64,000 nucleotides of DNA from Candidatus Saccharimonadia bacterium (lineage in GTDB: Bacteria; Patescibacteriota; Saccharimonadia; Saccharimonadales; 2-12-FULL-41-12), in assembly GCA_963717365.1 (NCBI GenBank), contig OY970327.1, positions 331,599 to 395,598 on the forward strand, in the 5' to 3' direction. Shown piece after piece: positions 22,105 through 32,241 of this stretch. The notes below the pieces were generated by a model. The model saw nothing but the letters and a program-made list of their open reading frames with translations. It was not told the origin of the DNA and did no database searches. A program made the position numbers and the translations under genes. How positions within the stretch are numbered: the first letter of the stretch is position 1; each line of letters opens with the position of its first letter.

Positions 22105-22449
22105 ATGAAAACTCCATTCAAACCAACTATTTACAAAATCCGACTGAAGAAGAATGATACCGTAATTGTTTTATCCGGCAAGTATAAGGGTAAAACCGGT
22201 AAGATTATAGCTACACACCCAAGCGAGAACAAAGTCACCGTTGAAGGCATTAACATTGTTAAGAAAGCCATGAAACCTAATAAACAGTACCCGCAAGGTG
22301 GCATCATCGAACTTACTAAACCAATTTGGGTAAGTAAAGTAGCCATCGTTGAACCAAGCAGCAAAAAAGCTAGTCGTATTGGTTATTCCATCGATAAAGC
22401 TGGTACTAAAGTTCGTATCTTTAAGCGAACTGGAAAGGAAGTAAAATAA
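22105..22449 (+). CDS. rplX: 50S ribosomal protein L24 (uL24)
   Basis: KOW-type uL24 sequence (KKNDTVIVLSGKYKGKTGKI). Confidence 0.96.
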   Translation: MKTPFKPTIYKIRLKKNDTVIVLSGKYKGKTGKIIATHPSENKVTVEGINIVKKAMKPNKQYPQGGIIELTKPIWVSKVAIVEPSSKKASRIGYSIDKAGTKVRIFKRTGKEVK

Positions 22450-23117
22450 TGGCTGATACAACCGCCCCGAAGACACCTAAGATTGTCGCCAAATCTGCTG
22501 AAAAACCAGTTAATGATGCAATAAAATCGCAAAATAAAACTGCCAAAAAAGTTGCTGCTTCCGATTCAGCTGCACGCTTAAAGAAACTATATATTGAGCA
22601 GTATGTTTTAGAACTTAAAGAAGAATTGAGTATGAAAAACGTCCATAGTGTTCCTAAGCTTGAAAAGATCGTTATCAACATTGGAATGGGCCGCGCAAAA
22701 GATGACAAGAAATTGTTCGAAGTCGCCACTAATACACTTCAGAAAGTTACAGGTCAAAAACCAATCAATACCTATTCTCGCCTTAATATCGCCAGTTTCA
22801 AATTACGTGAAGGCAATAAAATTGGCATGAAGGTAACGCTTCGTGGAGACCGCATGTACGAATTTATGGACCGCTTGATAAATATCGTACTGCCAAGACT
22901 GCGCGACTTCCATGGCGTATCCCTGAAAGCTTTTGACAAGCAAGGCAACTACAGTATCGGCCTGACAGAGCAGTCGATTTTTCCAGAATTAACATTTGAA
23001 GAGACAACTAGCGTCCATGGCATGCAGATCAGTTTTGTTTCCAATGCCGGAAATTCAGAAAACGCCAAAGCGCTATTAACAAAGTTCGGTATGCCGTTCC
23101 AGAAGGAGAATAAGTAA
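22449..23117 (+). CDS. rplE: 50S ribosomal protein L5 (uL5) with roughly 40-aa K/A-rich N-terminal extension
   Basis: The uL5 core starts at ...[11 protein letters not shown]...; operon order agrees. Confidence 0.96.
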   Translation: MADTTAPKTPKIVAKSAEKPVNDAIKSQNKTAKKVAASDSAARLKKLYIEQYVLELKEELSMKNVHSVPKLEKIVINIGMGRAKDDKKLFEVATNTLQKVTGQKPINTYSRLNIASFKLREGNKIGMKVTLRGDRMYEFMDRLINIVLPRLRDFHGVSLKAFDKQGNYSIGLTEQSIFPELTFEETTSVHGMQISFVSNAGNSENAKALLTKFGMPFQKENK

Positions 23118-23118
23118 T

Positions 23119-23388
23119 ATGGCACGAAAATCCAATATTGCACGAGATGCAAAAAGAATCAAAATGATTGAAAAGTACGCTGCTAAGCGTGCCCAGCTAA
23201 AAGAACTTGGCGATCAGGAAGGCTTGCATTTGCTTCCGCGCAACTCATCTCCAACCAGACATAAAAACCGCTGCTCAGAAACCGGTCGACCTCATGCCTA
23301 CATGCGCCAGTTTGGTTTAAGTCGTCTTTCATTCCGAGAACATGCCTCAAAAGGTGAAATTCCCGGCGTAACGAAAGCAAGTTGGTAA
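23119..23388 (+). CDS. rpsN: 30S ribosomal protein S14 (uS14), long non-zinc form
   Basis: 89 aa ending ...[11 protein letters not shown]. Only one Cys, so no CxxC pairs. Confidence 0.96.
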   Translation: MARKSNIARDAKRIKMIEKYAAKRAQLKELGDQEGLHLLPRNSSPTRHKNRCSETGRPHAYMRQFGLSRLSFREHASKGEIPGVTKASW

Positions 23389-23392
23389 GATT

Positions 23393-23788
23393 ATGGTTAG
23401 TACCGACCCAATCTCAGACATGTTGACACGTATTCGTAATGCTATCGCTGTGTCAAAAACCGAAGTGCGTATGCCTTACTCTCGGATTAAACAAAATGTT
23501 GCCGACTTGCTCAAAACGAATAACTTCGTTGACAACGTAACAGTTGATGGTGAAGGTATTGCTAAATCATTAATCGTCACTATTAATGCCGAAAGCGCCA
23601 ATGCCCGTATCACTGAAATTCAGCGCATTAGCCGTCCCGGCCGCCGTTCATATGCAACTGTTGATGAAATCCCAACCGTTAAGCGCGGTCGAGGTATCGT
23701 TATTCTGTCTACTTCTAAAGGTTTAATGACCGGTGATGAAGCCAAAAAAACCCGCATTGGCGGCGAATTAATTTGTAAAGTTTATTAA
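23393..23788 (+). CDS. rpsH: 30S ribosomal protein S8 (uS8)
   Basis: DPISDMLTRIRNA... is a uS8 sequence. Confidence 0.97.
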   Translation: MVSTDPISDMLTRIRNAIAVSKTEVRMPYSRIKQNVADLLKTNNFVDNVTVDGEGIAKSLIVTINAESANARITEIQRISRPGRRSYATVDEIPTVKRGRGIVILSTSKGLMTGDEAKKTRIGGELICKVY

Positions 23789-23807
23789 GGAATAGTAAGG
23801 AAATAAT

Positions 23808-24347
23808 ATGAGTCGTATAGGAAAACTGCCGATCGCCCTTCCGAGCGGTGTGACAATCACTGTCGACCCTAACACCATTACGGTTGCGGGTTCTAAAGGA
23901 ACTCTCACGCAATTTACAATACCAGGTGTGACTGTTAAGCAAGAAGGTGACGAAATCATTGTCACCCGAGAAAATGACGAAGCTGAAAACCGTGCCCGTC
24001 ACGGTTTGATGCGCGCTTTGGTGAACAACATGGTTGTTGGCGTTACTAAAGGTTTTGAAAAGAAGCTGGAGATCAATGGTGTAGGTTTCCGCGTTGCCCT
24101 AGCCGGAACAAATCTTAAAATGAATCTTGGATTTTCGCACGAAGTCATCTACGCAATTCCGGCCGGTGTTACTGCCAAGGTTGACGGTATGTCTATTATT
24201 ATTAGTGGCATTAGTAAACAGCAAGTCGGCCAAGTGGCGGCAGAAATCCGATCACTCAAGAAACCAGAGCCATACAAAGGCAAAGGCATTAAGTATGCTG
24301 ACGAGCGAATTATTCGCAAATCAGGTAAGTCAGGCAAGGATAAATAA
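23808..24347 (+). CDS. rplF: 50S ribosomal protein L6 (uL6)
   Basis: [15 protein letters not shown]... is a uL6 sequence. Confidence 0.97.
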   Translation: MSRIGKLPIALPSGVTITVDPNTITVAGSKGTLTQFTIPGVTVKQEGDEIIVTRENDEAENRARHGLMRALVNNMVVGVTKGFEKKLEINGVGFRVALAGTNLKMNLGFSHEVIYAIPAGVTAKVDGMSIIISGISKQQVGQVAAEIRSLKKPEPYKGKGIKYADERIIRKSGKSGKDK

Positions 24348-24349
24348 GC

Positions 24350-24703
24350 ATGAATCGTTTAATCTCTAAAGCAAAGAACAGCTTGCGCCGGTCAAATCGA
24401 GTTCGCACAACCGTGCAGGGAACTAGTGATCGTCCACGCCTGAGTGTATATATCAGCAATAAGTATGTATCAGCTCAAATTATTGATGATAGCACGCATA
24501 AAACACTGGTCAGTGCTACTAGTGTAGGGCAAAAGTCGGCTGGCACTAAGACCGAACAAGCCATTTTTGTTGGTACCGAAGTTGCTAAGCAAGCTAAAGT
24601 AAAGAAAATTAAAGCAGTTGCTTTTGACCGCGGTCCGAAGCTTTATCATGGTCGCGTTAAAGCGCTGGCTGATGCTGCACGCAAGGAAGGACTGGAGTTC
24701 TAA
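24350..24703 (+). CDS. rplR: 50S ribosomal protein L18 (uL18)
   Basis: uL18 sequence (...[20 protein letters not shown]...). Confidence 0.96.
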   Translation: MNRLISKAKNSLRRSNRVRTTVQGTSDRPRLSVYISNKYVSAQIIDDSTHKTLVSATSVGQKSAGTKTEQAIFVGTEVAKQAKVKKIKAVAFDRGPKLYHGRVKALADAARKEGLEF

Positions 24704-24704
24704 C

Positions 24705-25283
24705 ATGGCAGATACAAATAGACCGCAATCAGGTGGCCCGCGAAGACCTCGTGAAGACAGTCGAACACCTGAAGAAAAACAATTTGATGAACGTGTCATG
24801 AACATCGACCGCGTGGCCCGCGTTGTAAAAGGTGGACGTCGTTTCCGCTTCCGAGCACTTGTCGTGGTTGGAGATAAAAAAGGACGTGTTGCTATTGGTA
24901 TTGCTAAAGGCGCCGATGTTACCAGCGCGGTAACGAAAGCTACTGATTCAGCGAAGAAAAATTTCATTACAATCAAATTATATAAAGGTACATTTCCACA
25001 TGAGGCCCAAGCCAAAGTTGGTGGTGCAAATATTTTATTGATTCCAGCATCAGCTGGTACCGGACTTATTGCCGGTGGTGTGGTTCGTACTGTTCTTGAA
25101 GTAGCGGGAGTTAGCAACGCGTTATCAAAGTCTATCGGCTCATCTAATAAGATTAATACTGCCTATGCCACCCTGGAAGCTTTGCAGCAAATGCAAACCG
25201 CTGATAAGTGGGTTACCCGTAAAGCAGTTGCTCCAACTACCAAAAAAGCTCCAGTACCAGCTAAAGAAAAGGCGGCTAAGTAA
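24705..25283 (+). CDS. rpsE: 30S ribosomal protein S5 (uS5)
   Basis: RVARVVKGGRRFRFRALVVVGD motif. ATG 24705 lies just after the rplR stop; the longer track ORF 24618 overlaps rplR. Confidence 0.96.
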   Translation: MADTNRPQSGGPRRPREDSRTPEEKQFDERVMNIDRVARVVKGGRRFRFRALVVVGDKKGRVAIGIAKGADVTSAVTKATDSAKKNFITIKLYKGTFPHEAQAKVGGANILLIPASAGTGLIAGGVVRTVLEVAGVSNALSKSIGSSNKINTAYATLEALQQMQTADKWVTRKAVAPTTKKAPVPAKEKAAK

Positions 25284-25756
25284 TGAAATTCAACGAATTA
25301 TCCATTACTAGTAATAAAAAGCCACATCGCGTTGGACGCGGTATTTCTGCAGGGCGTGGCAAAACTGCCGGACGTGGTACGAAGGGTCAAGGTTCTCGTA
25401 AGAGCGGTGGTGTACGTCCCGGTTTTGAGGGCGGCCAGATGCCCCTCTACATGCGTATACCTAAGCTCCGTGGCTTCACCTCAAAGCGGGTTCCAGCATC
25501 GAATATATACACCGGACAACTTAATAGTATTGGGAAAACCGTTGTAGACACTCAGGTGCTGTCAGATGCAGGCTTAATTGAAGGTCCACATGTACGAGTA
25601 AAGCTCATTAGCAAAGGCGTCGTGACTAAAAAAATTACTGTTAAATTGCAGGGCGCTACGGCTAGTGCTATCGCTGCGGTTACAAAAGCAGGCGGTTCTT
25701 TTGAAAAGGTAGAACAAGTCAAGCGCCCTGTTACCCGCAAACCTAAAAAAGACTAA
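25283..25756 (+). CDS. rplO: 50S ribosomal protein L15 (uL15)
   Basis: uL15 sequence (GRGISAGRGKTAGRGTKGQ). It directly follows rpsE with no L30 gene between. Confidence 0.96.
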   Translation: MKFNELSITSNKKPHRVGRGISAGRGKTAGRGTKGQGSRKSGGVRPGFEGGQMPLYMRIPKLRGFTSKRVPASNIYTGQLNSIGKTVVDTQVLSDAGLIEGPHVRVKLISKGVVTKKITVKLQGATASAIAAVTKAGGSFEKVEQVKRPVTRKPKKD

Positions 25757-25766
25757 ATTTAATTAC

Positions 25767-25786
25767 ACTATCGTTGGAACGATAGT
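25767..25786. terminator. Hairpin between convergent rplO and the Nudix gene (possible bidirectional terminator)
   Basis: ACTATCGTT (25767-25775) / AACGATAGT (25778-25786) are perfectly complementary. Confidence 0.45.
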
Positions 25787-25790
25787 TATC

Positions 25791-26225
25791 TTAATCGGTC
25801 GGGAAGTACACCCGGCCGGTTTTATATGCTTCAATATAATTTTCTACACAACCAAATAAATTTTTTGGCAGTCCTTCGTCAAGATCGTACCAATTCCAAG
25901 AAGTGACTTTATGAGACTCCATAACAATTGGCTCGCCGGACTCCAATTCTGCAATCATGCCAATATCAACGTAATGCTTGGGTAGGTACTTTAGTAAATT
26001 TGTAGTACATAGATAGCCAAGGTTTTTAATTTGTACGTTATCGCCAACCTCTTCGCGCAGTTCACGCATGATAGATTTTTCAAAAGTTTCACGAATTTCA
26101 AGGTGTCCGCCCGGAGTACCAAACTCTCCTTCACCATGTGAGTCTGCTCTTTGGCCTAGTAAGATGCAGCTATCTTTAAAAAGAAAGAGTCCAAGGCCAA
26201 CTTGCGGTGCGTGTGCTTCATGCAT
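25791..26225 (-). CDS. Nudix hydrolase (144 aa)
   Basis: Nudix box GGHLEIRETFEKSIMRELREEVG (Gx5Ex7REUxEExGU). Confidence 0.88.
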   Translation of the reverse strand: MHEAHAPQVGLGLFLFKDSCILLGQRADSHGEGEFGTPGGHLEIRETFEKSIMRELREEVGDNVQIKNLGYLCTTNLLKYLPKHYVDIGMIAELESGEPIVMESHKVTSWNWYDLDEGLPKNLFGCVENYIEAYKTGRVYFPTD

Positions 26226-26232
26226 AATTAAT

Positions 26233-26261
26233 AGTTTATGTCATTTAGACACTAAGTGCAA
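26233..26261 (-). promoter_or_regulatory. Promoter of the Nudix gene (leaderless layout)
   Basis: Minus-strand TTGCAC (26261-26256), 17 nt, TAAACT (26238-26233), then 7 nt to ATG 26225. No SD. Confidence 0.5.
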
Positions 26262-26366
26262 GCGGTGCTACTCAAAGGTATGTAACTTTTACACCCTACT
26301 ACCATCTAACAGAACAGTACGTTATAATACCTGTAAATATTTCTAAACTTCAGAGAGAAACATACG

Positions 26367-27854
26367 GTGAACTGGAAACTTATTTGGAAATCTTTATTTG
26401 ATAGCGACATGCGTAACCGCATCTTGGCGGTATTGGCCATGTTGGTTATTTTCCGCATTTTGGCACATATTCCAATTCCACTGGGTGATACCCAGACGCT
26501 ACGTCAGGTATTAGACAGTTTATTCAATTCTTCTGATACTCCTCAATTTCTAAGCTTTCTAAATGTTCTCTCTGGAGGTGCGCTGGCTAACTTCTCGATT
26601 ATGCTAGTAGGTCTGGGTCCTTATATTAACGCTAGTATTATTATGCAGCTGCTCACTAAGGCCATACCTAAACTTGAAGCACTCAACAAGGAAGGCGAGT
26701 ACGGCCGTAAGAAAATAAACCAGATTACCCGTATGCTCACCTTACCACTGGCAATTATCCAATCAATCGGTGCCATCTTTTTGGTTAAACAATCCGCCTC
26801 ACAAGTGGCAGGTATTGGAGACATAACCGCCAATGCATCATTAATGCAATGGGTTTTGATGGTAGCCGCATTAACAGGTGGAGCAATGATGCTTATGTGG
26901 CTAGGTGAGCTTATCACTGAAAAAAATATTGGGAATGGTATTTCTTTGCTAATCACCGTTGGCATTGTTGCAACGTTGCCTCAAACCCTAGCCGGGCTAG
27001 CTGCTTCTGTTTTTGGAGGAGATGACAAACTCCGGCTATTTGGACAGCAGCTGCCTATGAGCACTGACGGGCTTATATACGCCGGTTTACTGGCGTTGTC
27101 GGTTCTTATTATCACTATGGCGGTTGTGCGGCTTAACGAAGCCAAGCGGCAGCTTACCGTACATTACGCCAAACGAGTACAGGGTAACCGTACGTATGGC
27201 GGTGTAACTACCGTTTTGCCAGTCAAATTAATTACCGCTGGTGTCATTCCTATAATCTTTGCCTTAGCGTTTTTAAGCGTGCCTAGCTTTGCGGGGCAAC
27301 TTCTCACAGGCAACTCCAGTGCGAGACTGGTTGAACTTGGTAATAATTTGCTACTTTGGTTTCAAACTCCTACTGCCCAGACACTTAGCAGCGGTGATTG
27401 GCAGGCCTTTATTTACCCAGTGACTTACTTCTTGATGGTCTTTGGTTTCACTTTCTTCTATACCAGTATTGCTTTTAATGCTAAGGATATTGCTGAGAAT
27501 TTACAAAAACAAGGTGGTTTTATTGCCGACGTCCGATCTGGCGCACAAACAGAGAAGTATCTTTCGAAAGTAGTTATGCGCTTAACTTTGTTTGGTGCCC
27601 TCGCGCTTGGCATATTATCCGTTATACCAATTGCTGCCGAGGCCTTTGTGCAAAATGCTGCCAATCTGGCTATTGGCGGCACAACAACCCTTATCCTTGT
27701 GTCGGTCTCCCTGGAAACACTGCGACAGATAGAATCGCGAGCTTTAATGATTACCTACAACCAGTACGACGGTTCAGACTTTTTCCAAGAAGTGGAGACT
27801 AAAAAACACGGAAGATTTTCGCCGCGCCGACTAATTCGTAAGCATAAAAAATAA
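26367..27854 (+). CDS. secY: Preprotein translocase subunit SecY
   Basis: 10-TM SecY-like sequence with a GTG start. A C-terminal basic tail is present. Confidence 0.95.
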   Translation: MNWKLIWKSLFDSDMRNRILAVLAMLVIFRILAHIPIPLGDTQTLRQVLDSLFNSSDTPQFLSFLNVLSGGALANFSIMLVGLGPYINASIIMQLLTKAIPKLEALNKEGEYGRKKINQITRMLTLPLAIIQSIGAIFLVKQSASQVAGIGDITANASLMQWVLMVAALTGGAMMLMWLGELITEKNIGNGISLLITVGIVATLPQTLAGLAASVFGGDDKLRLFGQQLPMSTDGLIYAGLLALSVLIITMAVVRLNEAKRQLTVHYAKRVQGNRTYGGVTTVLPVKLITAGVIPIIFALAFLSVPSFAGQLLTGNSSARLVELGNNLLLWFQTPTAQTLSSGDWQAFIYPVTYFLMVFGFTFFYTSIAFNAKDIAENLQKQGGFIADVRSGAQTEKYLSKVVMRLTLFGALALGILSVIPIAAEAFVQNAANLAIGGTTTLILVSVSLETLRQIESRALMITYNQYDGSDFFQEVETKKHGRFSPRRLIRKHKK

Positions 27855-27902
27855 ATCATTGCTTGTTTTATAATTTTACAGATTGCGAAATAAACTAAAC
27901 TC

Positions 27903-27932
27903 TTTACAAACGTTGTAAATATCTGCTACAAT
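27903..27932 (+). promoter_or_regulatory. infA promoter with overlapping palindrome
   Basis: TTTACA (27903-27908), 18 nt, TACAAT (27927-27932). The palindrome TTTACAA-acg-TTGTAAA spans 27903-27919. Confidence 0.5.
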
Positions 27933-27950
27933 ACCTTTCTAGTTATATTT

Positions 27951-28172
27951 ATGGCCAAAAACAAGGAAGTAATCGAACTTTCGGGAATAATCACCGAGAC
28001 ATTGCCAGGGACACAGTTCAGGGTAGAACTTTCAAATGGACATAAAATCATAGCTCATGTTGCAGGGAAGATGCGAAAACATTTTATTCGTATTGTACCC
28101 GGTGACAACGTTACGGTTGAGTTGACTCCTTATGATCTTACTAAGGGCAGAATCACGTATCGTAAATCATAA
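27951..28172 (+). CDS. infA: Translation initiation factor IF-1
   Basis: 73-aa S1-fold IF-1 sequence (...[40 protein letters not shown]). Confidence 0.97.
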   Translation: MAKNKEVIELSGIITETLPGTQFRVELSNGHKIIAHVAGKMRKHFIRIVPGDNVTVELTPYDLTKGRITYRKS

Positions 28173-28225
28173 TTATTAATTAAGCAGTGTGTCATGCGCT
28201 ACGAATAGAAGGAGGCATGATCCGT

Positions 28226-28342
28226 ATGAAAGTACGTGCAAGTGTAAAGAAGATATCGCCAGACGATAAGATAGTCCGCCGCAAGGGTCGAGTCTATGTA
28301 ATTAACAAGCTTAAACCTAAGCATAAACAAAGGCAGGGTTAA
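28226..28342 (+). CDS. rpmJ: 50S ribosomal protein L36 (bL36), Cys-free form (38 aa)
   Basis: Not in the ORF track because it is under 60 aa. ATG 28226 follows GAAGGAGG and translates to [38 protein letters not shown]. Confidence 0.93.
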   Translation: MKVRASVKKISPDDKIVRRKGRVYVINKLKPKHKQRQG

Positions 28343-28353
28343 TGATGATGAAG

Positions 28354-28369
28354 TCATTAACATTAATGA
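28354..28369 (+). promoter_or_regulatory. Inverted repeat TCATTAA-ca-TTAATGA in the rpmJ-rpsM spacer
   Basis: The half-sites match those of the palindrome at 6543-6561 upstream of rpsL. Confidence 0.35.
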
Positions 28370-28400
28370 ACATATTAGTCAGATCCGAAGGAGCTAACTA

Positions 28401-28787
28401 ATGGCAAGAATTTCCGGTGTAACCATACCGAATGAAAAACAGGTTCAAATTGCTTTAACTTATGTGTATGGTATTGGACCAAAGTTTGCTGCCAACATCC
28501 TGAAAGCAGCAAAGGTGGAACCCACCGTTCGAGTCAAGAACTTAACAGATGATGAAGTTAGTCGTATTTCCGACATTATTGCTAACGACTATACCACTGA
28601 AGGTGAGCTGCAGAGAATTGTTACTGGTAATATTAAGCGGCTGAAAGACATTAATGCTTACCGTGGTTTGCGACATAAGGCTAACCTGCCTAGTCGCGGT
28701 CAGCGCACCAAGACGAATGCCCGTACTCGTCGAGGTAAAAAATCAACGGTTGGCGGAACCGCTAAAAAAGTCGCGGCAAAGACGTAG
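28401..28787 (+). CDS. rpsM: 30S ribosomal protein S13 (uS13)
   Basis: [10 protein letters not shown]... is a uS13 sequence. Confidence 0.97.
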   Translation: MARISGVTIPNEKQVQIALTYVYGIGPKFAANILKAAKVEPTVRVKNLTDDEVSRISDIIANDYTTEGELQRIVTGNIKRLKDINAYRGLRHKANLPSRGQRTKTNARTRRGKKSTVGGTAKKVAAKT

Positions 28788-28798
28788 AAAGGACTGAT

Positions 28799-29251
28799 AT
28801 GACTGACGATAAAACCCCAGCTACCGAAGAAACACCACCAGCTGTCGTACCAGAAGCAGCGGCAAAGACTCCTACGCCTAAGAAGAAAAAGAACAAACGG
28901 ACGGTCTCTGCTGGCCAGGTTCATGTTATGGCTTCATTTAATAACACCATTATCACCATTACTGACCCTAGCGGTGGCGCCCTTGCTGCGGCCAGCGCTG
29001 GCGGCTGTGGTTTTCGGGGCAGCAAAAAAGGCACCGCCTACGCTGCCCAAATTGCCGCTGAAAAAGCAGTCACCACTGCCAAGCAGCAATATGGCCTAAG
29101 CAAAGCCGATGTCTACATAAAGGGTATTGGACTGGGCCGCGAAGCTGCTGTCCGTGTTTTGGTATCGGCCAATGTCGCTGTTGACTCCATTAAAGATGTA
29201 ACCGGTGTACCGCATGGTGGTTGCCGGCCAAAGAAAGCACGGAGGGTCTAG
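28799..29251 (+). CDS. rpsK: 30S ribosomal protein S11 (uS11) with N-terminal extension
   Basis: The uS11 core is ...[18 protein letters not shown]... Confidence 0.96.
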   Translation: MTDDKTPATEETPPAVVPEAAAKTPTPKKKKNKRTVSAGQVHVMASFNNTIITITDPSGGALAAASAGGCGFRGSKKGTAYAAQIAAEKAVTTAKQQYGLSKADVYIKGIGLGREAAVRVLVSANVAVDSIKDVTGVPHGGCRPKKARRV

Positions 29252-29254
29252 AGC

Positions 29255-29872
29255 ATGGCACGAGATACACAGTCTATTGTTAAAATGAGCCGCCGTGAAG
29301 GTTATGCGCTTCATCCAAAAGCTCACAAAGCTTTGGTTAAGCGACCAACTCCTCCCGGCCAGGCAGCTAACGGTCGTTTTCGTAGCAAACCAAGTCAGTA
29401 TTCACTGCAGCTGCGTGAAAAACAGAAAGTTAAACGCCTGTATGGTTTGCTTGAAAAACAATTCAGTAATCTTATGAAAGAAGCTTCAAGGGCACCTGGA
29501 CAATCAGGCGAGAACTTACTTCGATACTTGGAGCAACGAGCTGACAACGCCGTTTACCGTGCTGGTTACGCCGTTAGTCGGCGTGCTGCCCGTCAACTGA
29601 TGACACATGGGCACTTTGAGCTTAACGGCCGCCGTGTCGACATTCCATCCATTCGACTGAAAGCCGGCGACAAACTGGTAGTTCGAGCTAACAGCCAGAA
29701 ATCAGATTACTTTAAAAGACTTGATGACGTTAGTCCTGCGGCTACGGATATTCCACCTTGGATGAAAGCTAACCGAAAGAAATTTGAATTTGAAATTACC
29801 GGATTGCCCACCAGAGAAGACGCGGAACCAGATATTAAAGAACAACTAATTGTTGAGTATTACTCACGCTAA
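29255..29872 (+). CDS. rpsD: 30S ribosomal protein S4 (uS4)
   Basis: uS4 sequence with an S4 RNA-binding domain. Confidence 0.96.
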   Translation: MARDTQSIVKMSRREGYALHPKAHKALVKRPTPPGQAANGRFRSKPSQYSLQLREKQKVKRLYGLLEKQFSNLMKEASRAPGQSGENLLRYLEQRADNAVYRAGYAVSRRAARQLMTHGHFELNGRRVDIPSIRLKAGDKLVVRANSQKSDYFKRLDDVSPAATDIPPWMKANRKKFEFEITGLPTREDAEPDIKEQLIVEYYSR

Positions 29873-29893
29873 GCTTAGGAGGCTAACGCTACA

Positions 29894-30844
29894 ATGTCCA
29901 AAATGATTCACACCCCAGGAGTAGTAAATGTTACTGAACACACCGCTACCAGTGCAACTTTCAGTATAGAACCACTGCATAGCGGCTACGGAATGACCCT
30001 CGGTAACAGCCTTCGTCGTGTTGCGTTATCATCGATTTCCGGTGCTGCGATCACCGGTGTTAAGTTCGATGGCGCCAGCCATGAATTTGCTACCTTGCCA
30101 AATGTAAAAGAAGATATCGTTGAGATTATACTCAACCTTAAAGGTGTTCGGTTTCGTGTGTTTGGCGAAGACACGCAGACTATTCGCTTATCTAAGAAGG
30201 GCAAAGGCATAGTTACCGCTAAAGATATCACTGTTAACGCTGATGTCGAAGTTGTTAACCCAGACCACGTCATCGCAACTATCGATGATGCTAAAGGTAG
30301 CATTGCCTTGGATATCACTGTCGAAATCGGCCGTGGTTACCGTACAGTTGAAGAAGTTACTAATGCCAAAGTTACCGCTGACACAGTGGCTGTTGACGCA
30401 ATTTTTAGCCCAGTACAACGCGTGCGATATAAGGTAGAAAATACTCGTGTCGGCCAAATGACTGACCTCGATAAATTAATCATCACGATTGATACAGATG
30501 GTTCGATAACTCCAAATGACGCATTTGAAGAAGCCGCTGCCATATTAGTTAATCAGTACACTGCTTTAGCTGGACAAACACGAGTAGACATTTCCGCTCC
30601 TGTTTCAGCAGGTACCGGTGATCAGTTAGCTGGCGGAGATATTAATGAAGATTCTCCAGCTTTGATGACGTCAATCGAAGACTTAAATCTTACGGCACGC
30701 ACCACTAACGCGTTAGTAAACAACGATATACATACCTTAAAAGACTTGTTTGCATTAAGTGACGCCGAACTGCGAGATCTTAAAGGTTTTGGTAGCAAAG
30801 CACTTGACGAAGTTAAAGAAAAAATGGCGGAGATGGAGTTTTAA
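29894..30844 (+). CDS. rpoA: DNA-directed RNA polymerase subunit alpha
   Basis: The alpha N-terminal domain (...GYGMTLGNSLRRVALSS...) and C-terminal domain (...LNLTARTTNAL...) are both present. Confidence 0.97.
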   Translation: MSKMIHTPGVVNVTEHTATSATFSIEPLHSGYGMTLGNSLRRVALSSISGAAITGVKFDGASHEFATLPNVKEDIVEIILNLKGVRFRVFGEDTQTIRLSKKGKGIVTAKDITVNADVEVVNPDHVIATIDDAKGSIALDITVEIGRGYRTVEEVTNAKVTADTVAVDAIFSPVQRVRYKVENTRVGQMTDLDKLIITIDTDGSITPNDAFEEAAAILVNQYTALAGQTRVDISAPVSAGTGDQLAGGDINEDSPALMTSIEDLNLTARTTNALVNNDIHTLKDLFALSDAELRDLKGFGSKALDEVKEKMAEMEF

Positions 30845-30846
30845 GC

Positions 30847-31329
30847 ATGCATCGCCACGGATACAAAGGCCGAAAATTCGGCCGTGAACGTGATCAGCGC
30901 CGCGCGCTTCTAAAGGGCTTGGCTGACTCACTTATTAAATACGAAAGTATTGAAACCACCCTGCATAAGGCTAAAGAAATTGTGCCCTATACTGAAAAGT
31001 TAATTACAAAAGCAAAAAAAGGCGATTTACATAATCGACGCCAAATTATTGCCCGTCTGCAAACATTAGAAAGCGTCCATAAGTTGGTTGACGAGATTGC
31101 TCCTAAGCTTACTGCTCGAAACAGCGGTCACTTGCGTATTCAACGCACCACCGTACGCCGGGGAGACAACACTCAACTTGCCCGCGTAAGCTTTGTTGAT
31201 GATTTAACCGCGACTGCATCAGCTAACAAGGCATTAAAGGCCGAAGTTGCAGCCGTAAAAACTACATCTGCCCCTAAGACAGCTGCTAAGCCTAAAACTA
31301 AAGTGGCTGCTGTGAAAGGAACAAAATAA
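30847..31329 (+). CDS. rplQ: 50S ribosomal protein L17 (bL17) with A/K-rich tail
   Basis: MHRHGYKGRKFGRERDQRRALL... is a bL17 sequence. Confidence 0.96.
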   Translation: MHRHGYKGRKFGRERDQRRALLKGLADSLIKYESIETTLHKAKEIVPYTEKLITKAKKGDLHNRRQIIARLQTLESVHKLVDEIAPKLTARNSGHLRIQRTTVRRGDNTQLARVSFVDDLTATASANKALKAEVAAVKTTSAPKTAAKPKTKVAAVKGTK

Positions 31330-31769
31330 TGAAGACTTACTCCGCAAAACCATCTGATGTTGTACGAAGCTGGTATGTGGTTGACGCTAATGACTTACCA
31401 CTGGGCAGACTTTCTACAAAAGTAGCCGATCTACTTACTGGTAAAGGAAAACCTATGTACACCAAGCACATTGATTGTGGCGATTACGTTGTAGTAGTTA
31501 ACGCCGACAACTTAGTCGTGACCGGTAAAAAGGTTGAAGATAAAATGTACTATAAGCACAGTCAGTACCCGGGCGGGCTACGAGAAACAAATTTAAAATT
31601 TGAACTTGAAAAAGATTCGACCAAAGTTATTTTCAAAGCTGTTCGAGGGATGTTGCCAGTTAATAAGTTGCGCGATGATCGTATGCAGCGCCTTAAGATA
31701 TATGCTGACACAGAACATAACCACAGCGCACAGCAACCAACAGAACTTAAGCTAAAGAAGGGTAACTAA
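31329..31769 (+). CDS. rplM: 50S ribosomal protein L13 (uL13)
   Basis: uL13 sequence (...WYVVDA...GRLST.VA.LL.GK.KP.YT.H.D.GD.VVV.NA). Confidence 0.96.
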   Translation: MKTYSAKPSDVVRSWYVVDANDLPLGRLSTKVADLLTGKGKPMYTKHIDCGDYVVVVNADNLVVTGKKVEDKMYYKHSQYPGGLRETNLKFELEKDSTKVIFKAVRGMLPVNKLRDDRMQRLKIYADTEHNHSAQQPTELKLKKGN

Positions 31770-31771
31770 AT

Positions 31772-32182
31772 ATGGCTACCGGTACTAAATCACATTATTT
31801 TTACGCGCTTGGACGGCGGAAGAGCGCAACTGCGCGAGTTCGTCTGACGCCAGGCGGTAAAGGCACAATTATCGTGAATGATAAACCAGCTACAGAGTAT
31901 TTTGCGGACAGCCAGTCTTTATTAAATGAACTTACAAAGCCATTTCGCGCACTCGATCAAGAAAATAAATACGATATTACCGTTAAGGTACTTGGCGGTG
32001 GACATTCTGGCCAAATTGATGCGATTCGCCTTGGCATTACTAAAGCGTTGGTGGAGATGAACGCTGACTTTAAAAATACCTTGCGCCGGGCCGACCTACT
32101 TGGCCGCGATCCTCGTGAAAAAGAACGTAAGAAGTTTGGCCTTAAAGGCGCTCGCAAACAGCGTCAATTTACCAAACGTTAA
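31772..32182 (+). CDS. rpsI: 30S ribosomal protein S9 (uS9)
   Basis: uS9 sequence ending ...KGARKQRQFTKR. Confidence 0.96.
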   Translation: MATGTKSHYFYALGRRKSATARVRLTPGGKGTIIVNDKPATEYFADSQSLLNELTKPFRALDQENKYDITVKVLGGGHSGQIDAIRLGITKALVEMNADFKNTLRRADLLGRDPREKERKKFGLKGARKQRQFTKR

Positions 32183-32204
32183 CTCCATCTACATTTGTAA
32201 CCGT

Positions 32205-32234
32205 TTGACAATTTCGTCAATACTGTTATATAAT
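32205..32234 (+). promoter_or_regulatory. Promoter of micro-ORF A
   Basis: TTGACA (32205-32210), 18 nt, TATAAT (32229-32234). Confidence 0.6.
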
Positions 32235-32241
32235 CGTTCTT

